Shown in pieces: positions 12,558 to 25,100 of a stretch of DNA of 64,000 bases. Numbering within the stretch: the stretch's first letter is position 1; every line of letters starts with the position of its first letter. The stretch is from Ascidiella aspersa (taxonomy: Eukaryota): positions 17,980,001-18,044,000 of the forward strand of contig OZ004611.1 in NCBI GenBank assembly GCA_963924565.1, read 5' to 3'. The notes under the pieces were generated by a model. It was not told the DNA's origin. It did no database searches and saw only the letters and a program-made list of their open reading frames with translations. Position numbers and translations under genes: made by a program.

Positions 12558-13233
12558 GTGAAGACCATTTCTTAAATGCCGGTCTTCGAACCATTTCTAC
12601 CAGTAAATAAAAAAGCTAATATTCGTTTGTGCAGTTGGCAAACTATGTTTTTGCCAACTTTAACTTAGTAAATTTGCGTGAGTTTTGTTGCTATTTTAGT
12701 ATGCTAAGTTCGCTTTGAGATATAGTTCAGTAAACAAGCGTCGTGAGGAGTTTACAGGATTCTAGCTTTTAATTAAATTCGCTTATATCCAATGACACAA
12801 CTTGCAGTATAATGTATGTTTATGCATCGTGGTTACTGCTACAAGATTGCAAAACACAGTGAATTTTCTTTGTTATATGTTTTCCAAAACTTATTCTTGT
12901 ATTTATCTGTTTTTATACTTCAAAGTGTACAGAAAATCGTAAAAGTTTACAGAAAGCGTGATTGTTGTATTACTGTAAACTAAAGTAATAATTTTTAAAA
13001 TTTAGCAAATTTCTAATTTGGCCGCCTCACCGGATATAGTTGCCTTAATTGAAATGATTTTTGTATGTTTACCGGTCCATAAATGTCACAAGTTTTCCAA
13101 CCACTGGCTTAAGACGGGTCAAAAAAAATCATAAACTAAAATCATAAACCAATCATCGTTGCCTCTCTTATAAACACTTATGTTTCACTTGTTGCTAAAG
13201 TTTGAGTTTTGGTTGTTTCTTGGCTTGCCCCTT

Positions 13234-13450
13234 TTCCCCATAGCTTAGTCGGTCGAACAAACGTCCCAGCATGTCGAGGTCACGAGATCGAACCTCACGG
13301 TAGGCTATAGATTTTCTACGCGAATTTGATCGTACGAAAATCATTGTTTGATTAATTGATTTAATTAGGCACTTTAAAGCCTTTCGGTGTATTATGATAG
13401 GGAGGTTCTTGTTATGTATGGTCAAATAGATGGCTTCTTAAAGGCTATAT
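13234..13450 (+). mobile_element. tRNA-derived SINE-like element (degenerate tRNA head)
   Basis: A-box TAGCTTAGTCGG at 13241 and B-box-like GAGATCGAACC at ~13284, at tRNA spacing. No intact cloverleaf. 3' extent is approximate. Confidence 0.5.
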
Positions 13451-14058
13451 CATACTTAGTAGACATATGTGTATAAATGATAACACACAGTAATACCTAT
13501 AATGATAGAATATCTAACGCGCACCTATTTGTATAGTACTATGGTCCCAATTAAATAATTAAGCCAAGTACGCGATGGTATCGTCGCCGGAATAATACAT
13601 AAAATCGTCAGAATAAGCCCTAAACCTGTCGTAACAAGGCATAATCTCTTTGGACTAGAACCTAATTGTACTAAGCAACGCCTTATTTAAACTTTAGGGA
13701 GTGGTATGGGACATTTGGGGGCACGGGTCTGGCATGGCATTGACCAGTTTGTTATCGACGTTTAGACACCCTAATTTGAACGGCGCCGTTGGGACGTCGC
13801 TACCGGACCTTTTTGGGAGATTAGGGGTGCGCAATGGTTGGGGCTGGAATTTGGGTAAGAGTGTTTTTACTTGTTTAAGGAATTTGTTCATGGAGTTAAT
13901 GTTCTTTAGGCCTGAATCTGGACGATTATATTTTATTTCAATGGGTTTATACATCATTTCGACTATTAGGCATATTAAGCTCTTATTCTTAACTGTGTTT
14001 TGTTATTATGTCGATGTTGTTCTAACGTTGTTTTTGTTTGTAGTCTGTATCATTAGTA

Positions 14059-15374
14059 CAAGGGTGCCCAACCTTTTAGCTGTTGACGGCCGCATTGACA
14101 GTCTTTATTTATCTCACGGCCGCCAGTACAATTTTTTTACAGATGACGTCAGAAAAAGTCATAATGTGGCGTCATACAACAAATAATTAATAAACATACT
14201 TGTTGTTGAACGATCCCATGCAAAATATAGAACTGATAGTCTAATCGCGCGAAGCGCAAAAAAATCGTTTATTGGGATTTGAAATGTGATACGTGACGCA
14301 GCTGAGCGGCTGATCGTTGAAACGGCGCGCATGCACTTACAAGGTGGCATCATTTGGTTGACCTGGGGCACCGGGCATACTGTTTGTGGTTTATGTTTTT
14401 AACGAAATACAGACTTTTTGTGTCTGGCTCTTTAATCTCAAATGTATGTATTTTCACTCCATTTTCCTAACAGTTTAAGAATCACTTACAAAATCTTATT
14501 CGGTTAAACAAGACTTTCTATAATTATCGCTCAACCTATCCCGCAGTTTTGCCTTAATTCCACTCACAATTCGCACAACACATGCCAGCTCAGCCCTTAA
14601 TTATCATCAATTCCTATTTTATCTTTATGTGACATCACAATTTACATTATTACACATCTTCTATACTGAATTCTTTTTGCATCAATCAATGAATGATATT
14701 TTCAACTTATTTTAACGCAGATTGATCTAATTAACTGCACTCCCTAAAGTCGTAAACATTTCTAATCTGCATTTTGCATATAAACCATTAACGCAGTGGT
14801 CGGCAAACCTTTTTGTCGCGGCCTAAAGTACTCTTTTCAGAGCTCTTAAAGGCCCACTACGAAAAAACACTACGAAAACTTTATTCAGAATATTTGTGTA
14901 TAAGGTGAAGGCCCTGAAGGGTTGTGCGACGCCTCGATGGCTAGTCATACCACAATGTAAAACATGTATGAAACTAAGAATATACGCGCGAAGCGCTAAA
15001 AAATTTGCGTTTACATAGAGTTAAAGTTGCAAAAAAATAGTTCGACAGGTAGGCTGCTCAGGATCACATTTTGCACGTGGGTCTGAACCACGCTGAGACA
15101 ATTTAAAAATTCTAAGCCATATATACTTTTAAAACAAATGAAATGCAAATGAATGTACGGCTAAATGCAATGAATGTATGGCTATCACGCGCCCCACGAC
15201 TCAATGATAACACTAAAATATTCGAAGTAACTCGCGGCCCACTAAAAAGGCACTGCGGCCCACATTTGGGCCGCGGCCCACAGTTTGCCGACCACTGCAT
15301 TAACGCACGGGCACAGCCGCACGTGTTAACGGCCGCACAATTATTCGTCGACGGCCGCAGGTTCGATACCGTTG
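14059..15374. mobile_element. Older hAT-type MITE (outer element of a nest)
   Basis: Perfect 8-bp TSD CATTAGTA (14051-14058 and 15375-15382); imperfect TIRs CAAGGGTGCCCAACC / GGTTCGATACCGTTG; subterminal acggccgc repeats at both ends. Confidence 0.8.
14794..15297. mobile_element. Young hAT-type MITE nested in 14059-15374
   Basis: Perfect 15-bp TIR CAGTGGTCGGCAAAC / GTTTGCCGACCACTG; perfect 8-bp TSD CATTAACG (14786-14793 and 15298-15305). Confidence 0.9.
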
Positions 15375-16189
15375 CATTAGTATCTCACAATAATAATATG
15401 CTTTTAATAGACCACAATAAATTCGGTTGTACTGTCAGTATTACAATAATATTTTATTTGGGTTTTAAGAAGTTTCGGCAAATTTGGCAATATTTGACGT
15501 TGGTTGATCATTCACCAAGATATTAAATATTTAAAAACAAGTTGACACATTTTAACAGCATTATGTGTTTCTATAATATTCAATATTTAGTATCTTGGAA
15601 TCGTGTTTTAAATATAAATTCAAAGTTTATCGTTGATTAACTTGTACAACGCCTAATATTTTAGCCGCATGATGTCACTATAGGACAAAAATGTCTTCGA
15701 TGCGTATTGTGTGGTGTAGCATCGGTGCAAATGCCGACAAAAAAACCCAGTTCAAATAACTTAATCAAGTGTTATAGCTTGTATGCAGTTGTGTTTACGT
15801 AATTATTATACCATGGGTAGTAAAATTTAAGGCTAAAAGTGTTACTAAATTTAAAGGTCAACACAGAAACTTGCAAATGTTTTCCATGTGCTTTAAATTA
15901 CAAGCGACAGGCATTCACCACTGACATTCGAATGTTGGTATAGCTAGGGTATTTCGCTAGTATTAAATGATTTTTTAGTATACTTAAAGATTATTTTTCA
16001 TGATATTGTAAGTTATTAAAATTAATTAAAAATACCAAAACTTTTAGTTGTGAAAGATGAGCTGCTAATCAGCGAAAGCCACCAAAGGAAATTTAAGTTG
16101 TTAAATAGCCGTTATATACAAAACACTAAAAGTTACTTCAACTAACAGCAATTTATGCTCAACGTATTTTTTCAATCTGCCCTTACCAA

Positions 16190-19100
16190 GTGAGAACACG
16201 TGGCGGGTTGTTAAATTTGGGTAGCCGTTGGAGACCGTGGCGCACAACAGGCAGCAAACCAATTACACAAGGTGTAACTCCCAATCAAACAAGAGCCGAA
16301 TTTCGCGCTTCGTCGCTTGACAAAGCATTCGCACAAAGAACCCCAAATTGCCCGGGAGAAGTAGCAACGCTTGACAGGCCCCGTTTTGTTTCGGCGTCCA
16401 ATTAATTTCCACGTTCGATCGCCAGACCCCGCCAGGTGTGCCTCGGGCTAATTACGTGAAAGTGTTTGATGCTGGGGCTAAATAACTTTCTTTTTTTCGC
16501 GGCGCGGATGTCGCCTTCACTTCAGACACGTCGTTGCCGAGTTGTTGAGCAACAGCATTTTTGTATATTAAAGCTGTTCATAGAAACACAAGTGTTATAA
16601 AATTCACACACAATATACCATTGCAATCTAAATGCAAAATCACTTTGTATTACAAAGATTAGCAAGACATCTCATAGGTTCTTTCTAGTTGGTAAACATA
16701 TCAGTAAACGTCATACATTGTTGGTAAAAAAGTTCATATATTTTTAATTGGTTGTAGTACATTTTTCAGTAAGCGACCCTAAGCACATTGCATAAACCTT
16801 TCTTGCGAAATATTTAGACCCTTTCTTACTGTCTGTTGGTGATAAACAAAATTAAAAAAATTAAACCAAACTTTTTCTCATTTTTTCGCCAAAAATTCTA
16901 TTTTGATAAAAGAATGAATTACACATTTGCAATTTCCCCCAAAACACAACTATCGCGATAGCATAGATGTTTAGAGCACGTCAGGTAGCAATACGTATTA
17001 TCATACCAATTTACCGTTTGAAGGTTTAAGCGTAACTTACTTTTTTATTATCGAAACGAAATTCGGAGTCGCACATGTAAAAATCTCTGAAGAGAAACCT
17101 ACAAATATTGCGGTTGCGTCGCAAGGAGGGCTAGCCACACACGGAGCACAGCAGCAAGCCAACGGAGTTAGTACGGCGCCACACTTATTGGAACCGTGCT
17201 GCGACATGAATGGGGGTCTTGCACCGAGTTCGCTCGCCAGGAAATTTCTTTAAACAGCGATTTAGTGCAACTTTTTCGGTAGTTAACTCTTTCGTTCCGG
17301 CTGTCGCCTCTGCGACGCCTGTCGCGTTCAAGTGGATTCACTTTTAATTGGTGAAGCTCGGTTGTAGAGGTCGTGCGTTTTTATAAGCGATAACAACTTT
17401 TCAAACTACGTATTGCGATTCTGTGTCTTCCTTGTAATAACATATTTTTGGTAATTTTAAAATTAGAGTCTATTTTCCAAAAAAATAATTCGTTTACTTT
17501 TACTCTGGTTATGTGGCTTGTTGTGATCGACCTATTTGTAAGTATGCTTTTGATACTAAATTTGAGACCCACTATGGTATTAGTATTAGGGTCTTAAAGT
17601 ATGATAAAAGTCTCGTCCCAAATAATTAATATGTAAAAGCTTAAAGGTAGGTATTGTTGCTACGTGCATAAAAAAATACTTTTAAACATGGTAAAAGTTT
17701 AGTTACAACCGGCAAAATTGCAATTTAATAGAACCCTACAGATTCATATCTCATTGCGTAAAAAATGTGGGGGGGGGGAGTGTGGAGAGGGCGATAAAAT
17801 TTTCTTCACAAAACCCGAAAAATTCAATCGCTCACCTCGCAGCAAACCAAACAAGACGGAGGACGATTGTTTGTCCAGCGGAACCTTTTATCGCCTCGAT
17901 GTGTTCGCGCCAGGAAATAAATATTATCGCATTGCTGGCGAACAAATGTAGTTACTATAAAACCCGGCGCCTACCAAGCCGCTAGACGCCCGCAAGAACG
18001 ACGGGGTGTTCGGTCGATTTCAGTTGCTTGGGGCGACCGTAGCCTATGCGGTTGCACATCTTGTAGAATTTTCTGCGAACTTTCGCTGACATATCGCTTT
18101 AATAAAATACAACGTTACCAACCTGAAGCTGCTTATATATATTTTTTTCGTTTGTTATTCCGTGAATGTGGCTAACACCGTGAATACACAACATCTGGTT
18201 AGTAACGAAAGGTAACGACTGCCATTGTTGTATCATAACTATTCCAAAAAATAGATTTGATAATTACTTTCATTTGCTTTTGTAGATTAATATGTGAGAC
18301 TAATGTTACTCGCGTTGTACTGGATTCAACAAAAAACGTTTGCAATTATTTTAGCTGAAATTTGCGTTCGCAGAACAGCCATAACCAATATACCGTGTGA
18401 CTAAAGCAAAATAGGTCGAGGATTGGGATTCGGTATTCTCAACTGCAGACATAACGTCTCGGGGCGTGTTTTCGTGTCAACGCAAGCCACAAGGCTGGCT
18501 CGGATTTTCAAACTGTGAATAACCCACGGTCTATAATATATTAAGACACTTCCTTCTTTTCTCGCCTTTTCCTCTTTCGGGGCCATGTTAATTTTCCACT
18601 GCAGTTAGTTATCGAATAAGAGAAGGGGCAGGGCTGGACAGGGTTCCCCTTAATTTTGTTACGTCACGGGCCGACGCGCCTGGGTGCCCGCGAGCATCGT
18701 ACAGCGGAAATAAGGTCGGCCGGGCGAAGCGTGCTCCCCCACGTTTGACAAGTGGATGCGAACGGAGCATGACGAGGCAACTGTGACGTCACCATAACCT
18801 TTCCCAGCAAAAGAGAAAACTATTTGATTTCTTTTTTTTTCATTTAGGGCCAATCTGGTTTGTGATTATATTAAAACTACTAGCTTGGGCACTGGATGTC
18901 TTTATTGCATTAAATTTTCTTTGCTAAATCAAGTTTGCCGAACTGAATAAAATGCAGCGTGAAAACACAGTAATGACCGACCGAACGGTAAACACCGAAA
19001 AACTTATTTTTATGAATTATCTTTCATCTAAACCGCTCAAAACTGCACTAAATGACTTAAGCAATCGCAATAAAGAAATTCATATATTTTATTGTAATGT

Positions 19101-22100
19101 AAAGATGGTGGAACAGCTATTTTCCTATTCCGCCAATTTTTCAGAAAAACTGGTCTTTCCTTTTGCGATTTTTTAAGCCAAAACAAAACAGTGTTATAAC
19201 AAGAAAGTTTCACCGAGTTGAATTCTGTTACAATATATCGTTTCTCACATGTAACATTTTTTATATTATCCTAAATGCACATGCCATTAATTATGTGGTT
19301 TATCGGGTGTTCTTTTGCTTTCAGTCATGGCTGAATCTTATAGGCGATGAACGGTGCGCATCAATTTTTCAAAGTTCGCATTGAATAGTAGCACAAAAGA
19401 CTGAAAGACTTATTGAAACAAAGTCTATTACATTGGAACATGTCCGGTACAATGTAGGCCGGAGCCTTTTGCTAGCGAGTCTCATTGATTTTGTTATGAA
19501 TGCGAGTCTGGCCATTATAAGTCCTTTCATCGGTTTTGTTATATACACTGCTACGCCTTGTTACCAAGGGTCGGGAGCGCCTTTTATCAAGGCGCTAAAC
19601 AGAAAATGACAATTGGCCGCGGGAAAAGAATAACGTATTATTGGTGTGTACAATTGAACACAACCGCTGTATGCTTTTTGTACTCCTTTCCATTCAATGA
19701 TTCTTCTGCCAATGCATTTACTTTTTCCATTTGGTTTTTGACGCTAGCCAAGTAAGATAGGTAGCTATTGCTGTGCCATTTCGTTTTAGGTTGTTAATGC
19801 TGAACGCATCGCAAAACAGAAAAAAAGGGAAACAGATATGGTGTGTTAACAATAGCAAAAGGTATGTTTAAGTCGAACGTAGAAATAAGCGTGTGCCGTA
19901 AAAGCAATTTTACTGTTCGCAGTACAGCTGCTGTCACTTGCTAAGGCGGGAGACACTAACTGTCTAAATTTGTAGCAGGACAGGTCTTGGCCTTTATTGT
20001 ACAAAAAACAACGTCACATAGGAGATAGAAATCAAAACTTTGCGGTCTGGATAATTGGATTTGTGTTATGACTGGCAGAGTGCAGGCACGGACAGGTCCG
20101 GCCAGGCCCACTTTTAGGTGCGCATGAAACCCACACAGGCTATGAGGGCCCATTTGAGCATGATACTATTTCTACAACGGTTTTTACATTTCTCGCAATT
20201 ATTTCTGAAATGTTGTCAGGGAAAATCACGGCATGTTACTATTTAATGTCTTGTCCAGTTGTCGCACTAAAATTAGAATAAGGACTGTAATTCACTTGCA
20301 GGAGTTAATGTGTTACGTCATACCCTTGTAACAAGTATAGTAACAATAAAATATTTGTCGTTCGGTATTACAATATAAGGTTGTGCGAGTTAAAGCACTT
20401 AAATGCTGCCTTTCGAAAGGTATGTGTAAACAAAAACAATAAATAAACATATATAGGATAAAATTGGTTACTTTACAGCAATTACCAAAAACGTATATAC
20501 CGCAATTTAAAAAAAATAAATAAGCCCATGTTGAAGTATACTGAAATATTTTTTTAGAAGAATATATATCTCCGCTTTCCAGGAGCATCGTCTTTCGTCC
20601 TGTGTTTGTTTTCCTAACAAGGCTAGCGATGGCAGATGCCGGTTCCTGATTGGCTAGCATGCGCGTGGGGTCGTTGGTTGCCGGTCGCGCATGGCCAGAT
20701 ACAAAAACAGAGAAGGCGAAAAAACAATTTTTTGTTTCCGCGGCCCCGCACGTTGGGAAAATATTGTCTTTGGGGGTTGCAGACGTGACTGTGACAACAA
20801 TTCTTTGTTGGAATAAAATTCATATATTCTTTCAGCGAGATACGTCGTGACCCTGAGGGCAACACTTAATATCGAAGCAGTTGTTGTAATTCATTCAAAC
20901 TGTTTAGTGGGTGTATTGAGGGTGCGTGTTATAAAGTAGTACAAACAGTCTCGTTTAAATTTATCCCTGGGTTGATTTTTTCAACACCGCTACCTTTTGT
21001 TGATTTACCAGTTCCGTTTCACTTTTTTAAATGTTTAAGTTAACTAGGGAGAACTTGGGGATGTCAAAAAGGCGGAAGGGTAATTATGCCGGGCTTTACT
21101 ACTTAAATACACAAAATTGCTATAATAAGCAAACAATGAAAAAAATGCTATATAAGCCGTATGTTATAAGTAAAGTTCGTTTTAGAAAAGTTACACTTTA
21201 GCCTAATTGACAGCAAACTTTCCACTGTATTTTGTCCGCCGACTTGGCGACTGTTTGAAATCGGATCCCAAATTTGGGACAAAAAGATTCGTACACCTTT
21301 AATCAGCAACAAGCCTAATGGAAGCGAAAACTTTCCCACCGAAGTTAAAACAAGTTGCCCGCAGCTTCCATCCAGACCCGGTGCCTTTTGAAACGATATG
21401 GAAGAACTATCAGATTACTCTAGCGACATAAAAAGCTTTTCTTGTTTTCGTGACTGCCGAAAGGGCTCGTATTGATTTACCCACGTAAATCGTTGCCTGA
21501 GATAGAACGACATTTTGTGGCAAAAACATTTCTTCTCGCGAATTACTCTTTGTATTAAAAAAAATAAATAAAATAAAATTGTATAAAAAATATTGGACGT
21601 TGGTAAAAGTTGGCGACGAGTCCTGGGTTTCGAAATGCAATTTAGTTGCAGAACACATTGGTTTTGTGCTAATGGGCTAAAAGACGTGACAAATGTAGAA
21701 GGCTAATAATAGGTGTGTAAGAATTTTGCTCTTCATCAATTCGCCAAGTTAAATTTTTCGAAATAATCGTTTAAATATCCGGATGCCTTGTAAGATACAA
21801 CACAAATGATTTCCTAATTGCAGTGAAACATTCCCAAGCCATCAACAAGGCGCAACAAGAAACGACGTAAAGATTGAGCGTGTTCGGTGAAATGGGCCCC
21901 CCTTTGTGATGGAACAAAGGCGCTAGGCCCGAAAGCTGCCGGGAGCATATTTGAAGACAAACACACACTCCTGGCACACCTACAATACACGGGATCAATA
22001 GCAGTGAGAGCGGTAGCAGGGCCAGCTCAACACAATGCGCGAAAGTTAAGACGCAGGATTCAAAGGCCTCTGGTAACCTGAACTGGCAAACAAGAAAAGT

Positions 22101-25100
22101 CGTGATTAACAGCGACAAGAGTCCGCCGTTCCGATGCCGACTCTAACAAAAAGAACGTTTGACGCCGTTATTGACACCACACAGTCGGAAACAAAGACGG
22201 GAATCGCGTTAGTTGCAAAAATACACTGGCCAGCGGCGTAAAGTGAGACCCAATTCGGGACTCTGCGTTTGCCCACAACGTCTGTTCATCTGCTGCTCAA
22301 ATTCCGGTCGCTGAAAGGATGTCCGATTTCTCTTCTCTCATCATAGGCTTTAGCTCGTTACAAATTTATCGAAAATCCATCGGAACTCGTTTCTGCGATT
22401 ATTCATTTACTGTAAGTTGTGGAAAATAAGTTAGTTGGCCTTGAACACTATGAGGGTCAATATAATTTAGCCTGAAATGTCTCCCATTTAAAGACTTTTT
22501 AATTCATCAGGGATGTACAAAGAAAAGTTTTTTCAAGCTAGGTAAACTCCCCCAAACCTAGTTGACGTCTTAAATTTGTTTACTGTTCCCTTCTTCTTGC
22601 AAAAAGTGTTTACACGTGCCATGAACAGAGAGTTGAATGGAAATGCGTCGCGCGACTAAGTCATACTTTATTAATTATTAATTTTAAATAGGAAGTCATG
22701 AACAATGTAACACTTATCTCTCACGAAGTATAACATTTTAAAACACATATATCTCGTACAAATCGACAAATGTAGTGAAGACTTGTTAACATTTGAAAAC
22801 AAGTGGAGTTCATCGTTTTACGTTTTGTTAAGTCAGCAATATTGAGAAATGCATTTAGGCCAAAATTAACAATAAAAACGCTTGTCTTGCAATACCACAG
22901 TTTAAAATAAAAATATACATAAAAAAATATCAGAAGGCATCCTTATATGCTGTTGATTGTTTAACTACTCGATTTGCAATATTCGTGTGTTGTGTATTCT
23001 TACTCACAATTTGACCTTCCGTCAATCCATTAGTTTTAGCTCATCCCTATCATCCTAAAAAGGTAATTTAAGTTTCTTAGGGAGTAAGTTTTAGTACTAT
23101 GGTATAAGGCTGTCTATAGGTGGTCTTTTGAAAGCCAAATAGTGGTAATATACTTCCTCCACTATAGTTTTTGTTTTCTATTTTTTTTGAAAGCTTTATA
23201 ATTAGATACTTTTGGGTTTACCCAATGAATGTTTTTTTTTTTGGTTAGGAACATTTAGAGATGACATAACAAAATTACGTAAACAGTTATGAAACAAGAT
23301 GTTATAGCAGTTTTGATCCATTTTGAGGTTCAGTAAGAGGAATAAAAGTTCATTTATCTGGTTTAAGTTGTCAAATTGTTATTTTAAAGTGACGTTAAAC
23401 AGTTAATAAATTAAAAGATGATAAGCATAAACCATTAGCTTGAATGACGAATGTATTTCTATGGTTAAGGTGGCATAAATTCACTAAGCATGGCACCTTA
23501 CATACCAAATTTCTAATTGACACAAACTTATATTTGAAGTCTCTTTTTGTTAAAATATCGCTGATAAATTTCTAACAGTATGGTACACAGAAATTATATT
23601 TATATTTTGAGCAAACCATACATAGGAGCCGTTTCAATTAAGAGGGGGGTTGCTGTGACCGAGCGGGGTATTTAAAATCGCATCGTTGGTGGTTTTGGCG
23701 GTTGCTGATATCCCGCCCAAAAAACAAGCCCAAATTAATAGTACAAAGCACGTGCGCTGTAACTCATACAACTTCCAGTGAAGATTTATAGAAACTACAG
23801 CTTCTCGCATTGTGCTCCAGTGGCGCTTTTCCAACGGATCAGTTCAGAGTACACCTGGTCACGTATGCGCGACTCGCAGGTGATATCGGTCCCCGCCAGC
23901 ACAACCCGCCGGCACCCAGCCGAGTTCTTCAGTCCACAAACAAGGGAGAGGGCGCATTGTAAATGCCTACCCCGCAAAAACCCACCCCTTGACCCTATTG
24001 TCCGAGGCTGAAATAGCGTGTGAACAAGTAAGCATGTTTGTGATTGCTTGGTAATGCTTTCGCTACGAATCCAGGGGTGCTTCTCTCAGGAGAGCTGTAA
24101 TCGCTTTGCAGGCAGCTTTGTCACGCTGCCTCCTGACGTTGCTTTTGGCTCGGCATGACGTCAGTTGTTGCGTGATTTCGTTAAACTGAGGAAACGTTAC
24201 TCCGCGAAAATATTATACCCGCATGAAATTACATTGCCCTCTCGGCGTCTCAACCATACCTTACAACGTACAAAATCCTAATACTAAATCCGTCATGTGT
24301 GAGCATATAAAGACAGGCGGCATGATATTTTTCACTGATCACATATTAAAATCTGCAAAGTTATTGTAATTGCTTTCAAACACTGCGAAAATTGAAAAAA
24401 AGTTCATGGACACACCTTGTTCCTCGTTAAAATTTCAAACGAGTCGTATACGTGGTGCTAACTTTAAAACAGAGAAAACACCGAAAGCAATTACGAATAA
24501 CGGTTTTCCATATCAAAAGAGCTGCTGTAAAACGTATACCGTTACTTTTTCAGACATATGAGAACTGGTAACGCGTCGAGACAACTTCGTATCAAAGGTG
24601 GCTGGAATTGCCGCGACAAGAAGTATACAGCGCCTAAATGAGCCCCTGGTTGCCAATTCCATCTTTGACCTAACCGAGGCCTACACCCGAAAACAATGAT
24701 CTAAGGTGGCGGTTCACTACTTAGTGCCCACATCATGGAGTCGCGGTTTTGTCGCGAAATCGGAGAAGACTGGTCGTATGAGAAACCGGAGTATTTCCTC
24801 AATTAAAATGGATTAAAGAGAGGCGCCACCGTACAATCCACATTCGGTCATGTCGGGACTGTAACAGTCGGTAAGTGGCCTTTCTTCGACGGCGGCTTAT
24901 TAAAATATTACGCGTTTCGGATTTCGGCCCTTGTCGGAAACGGATATTTTGTATTCGCGAATTAACGAATTTGTCTCGAGCAACGAAATGCTAATTGTTC
25001 ATAATAAACATGACAGTAAAGGGTCTTTAAATACGTATTAAAAATGCCAAACTCAATTTGATGTCTAAAATAATCTTTGTTACAAATTCACTATTTTACT

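Noticed and set aside
13234-13306. Functional tRNA gene
   Set aside because: A and B boxes are present but the acceptor and anticodon stems do not pair; called SINE-like instead.
13694-14186. 161-aa and 87-aa ORFs
   Set aside because: They span repeat elements and a MITE junction; no transposase or other motif.
15908-15940. GGCATTCACC segment resembling the miR-124 complement or miR-181
   Set aside because: The match breaks after ~10 nt and there is no precursor-length hairpin.
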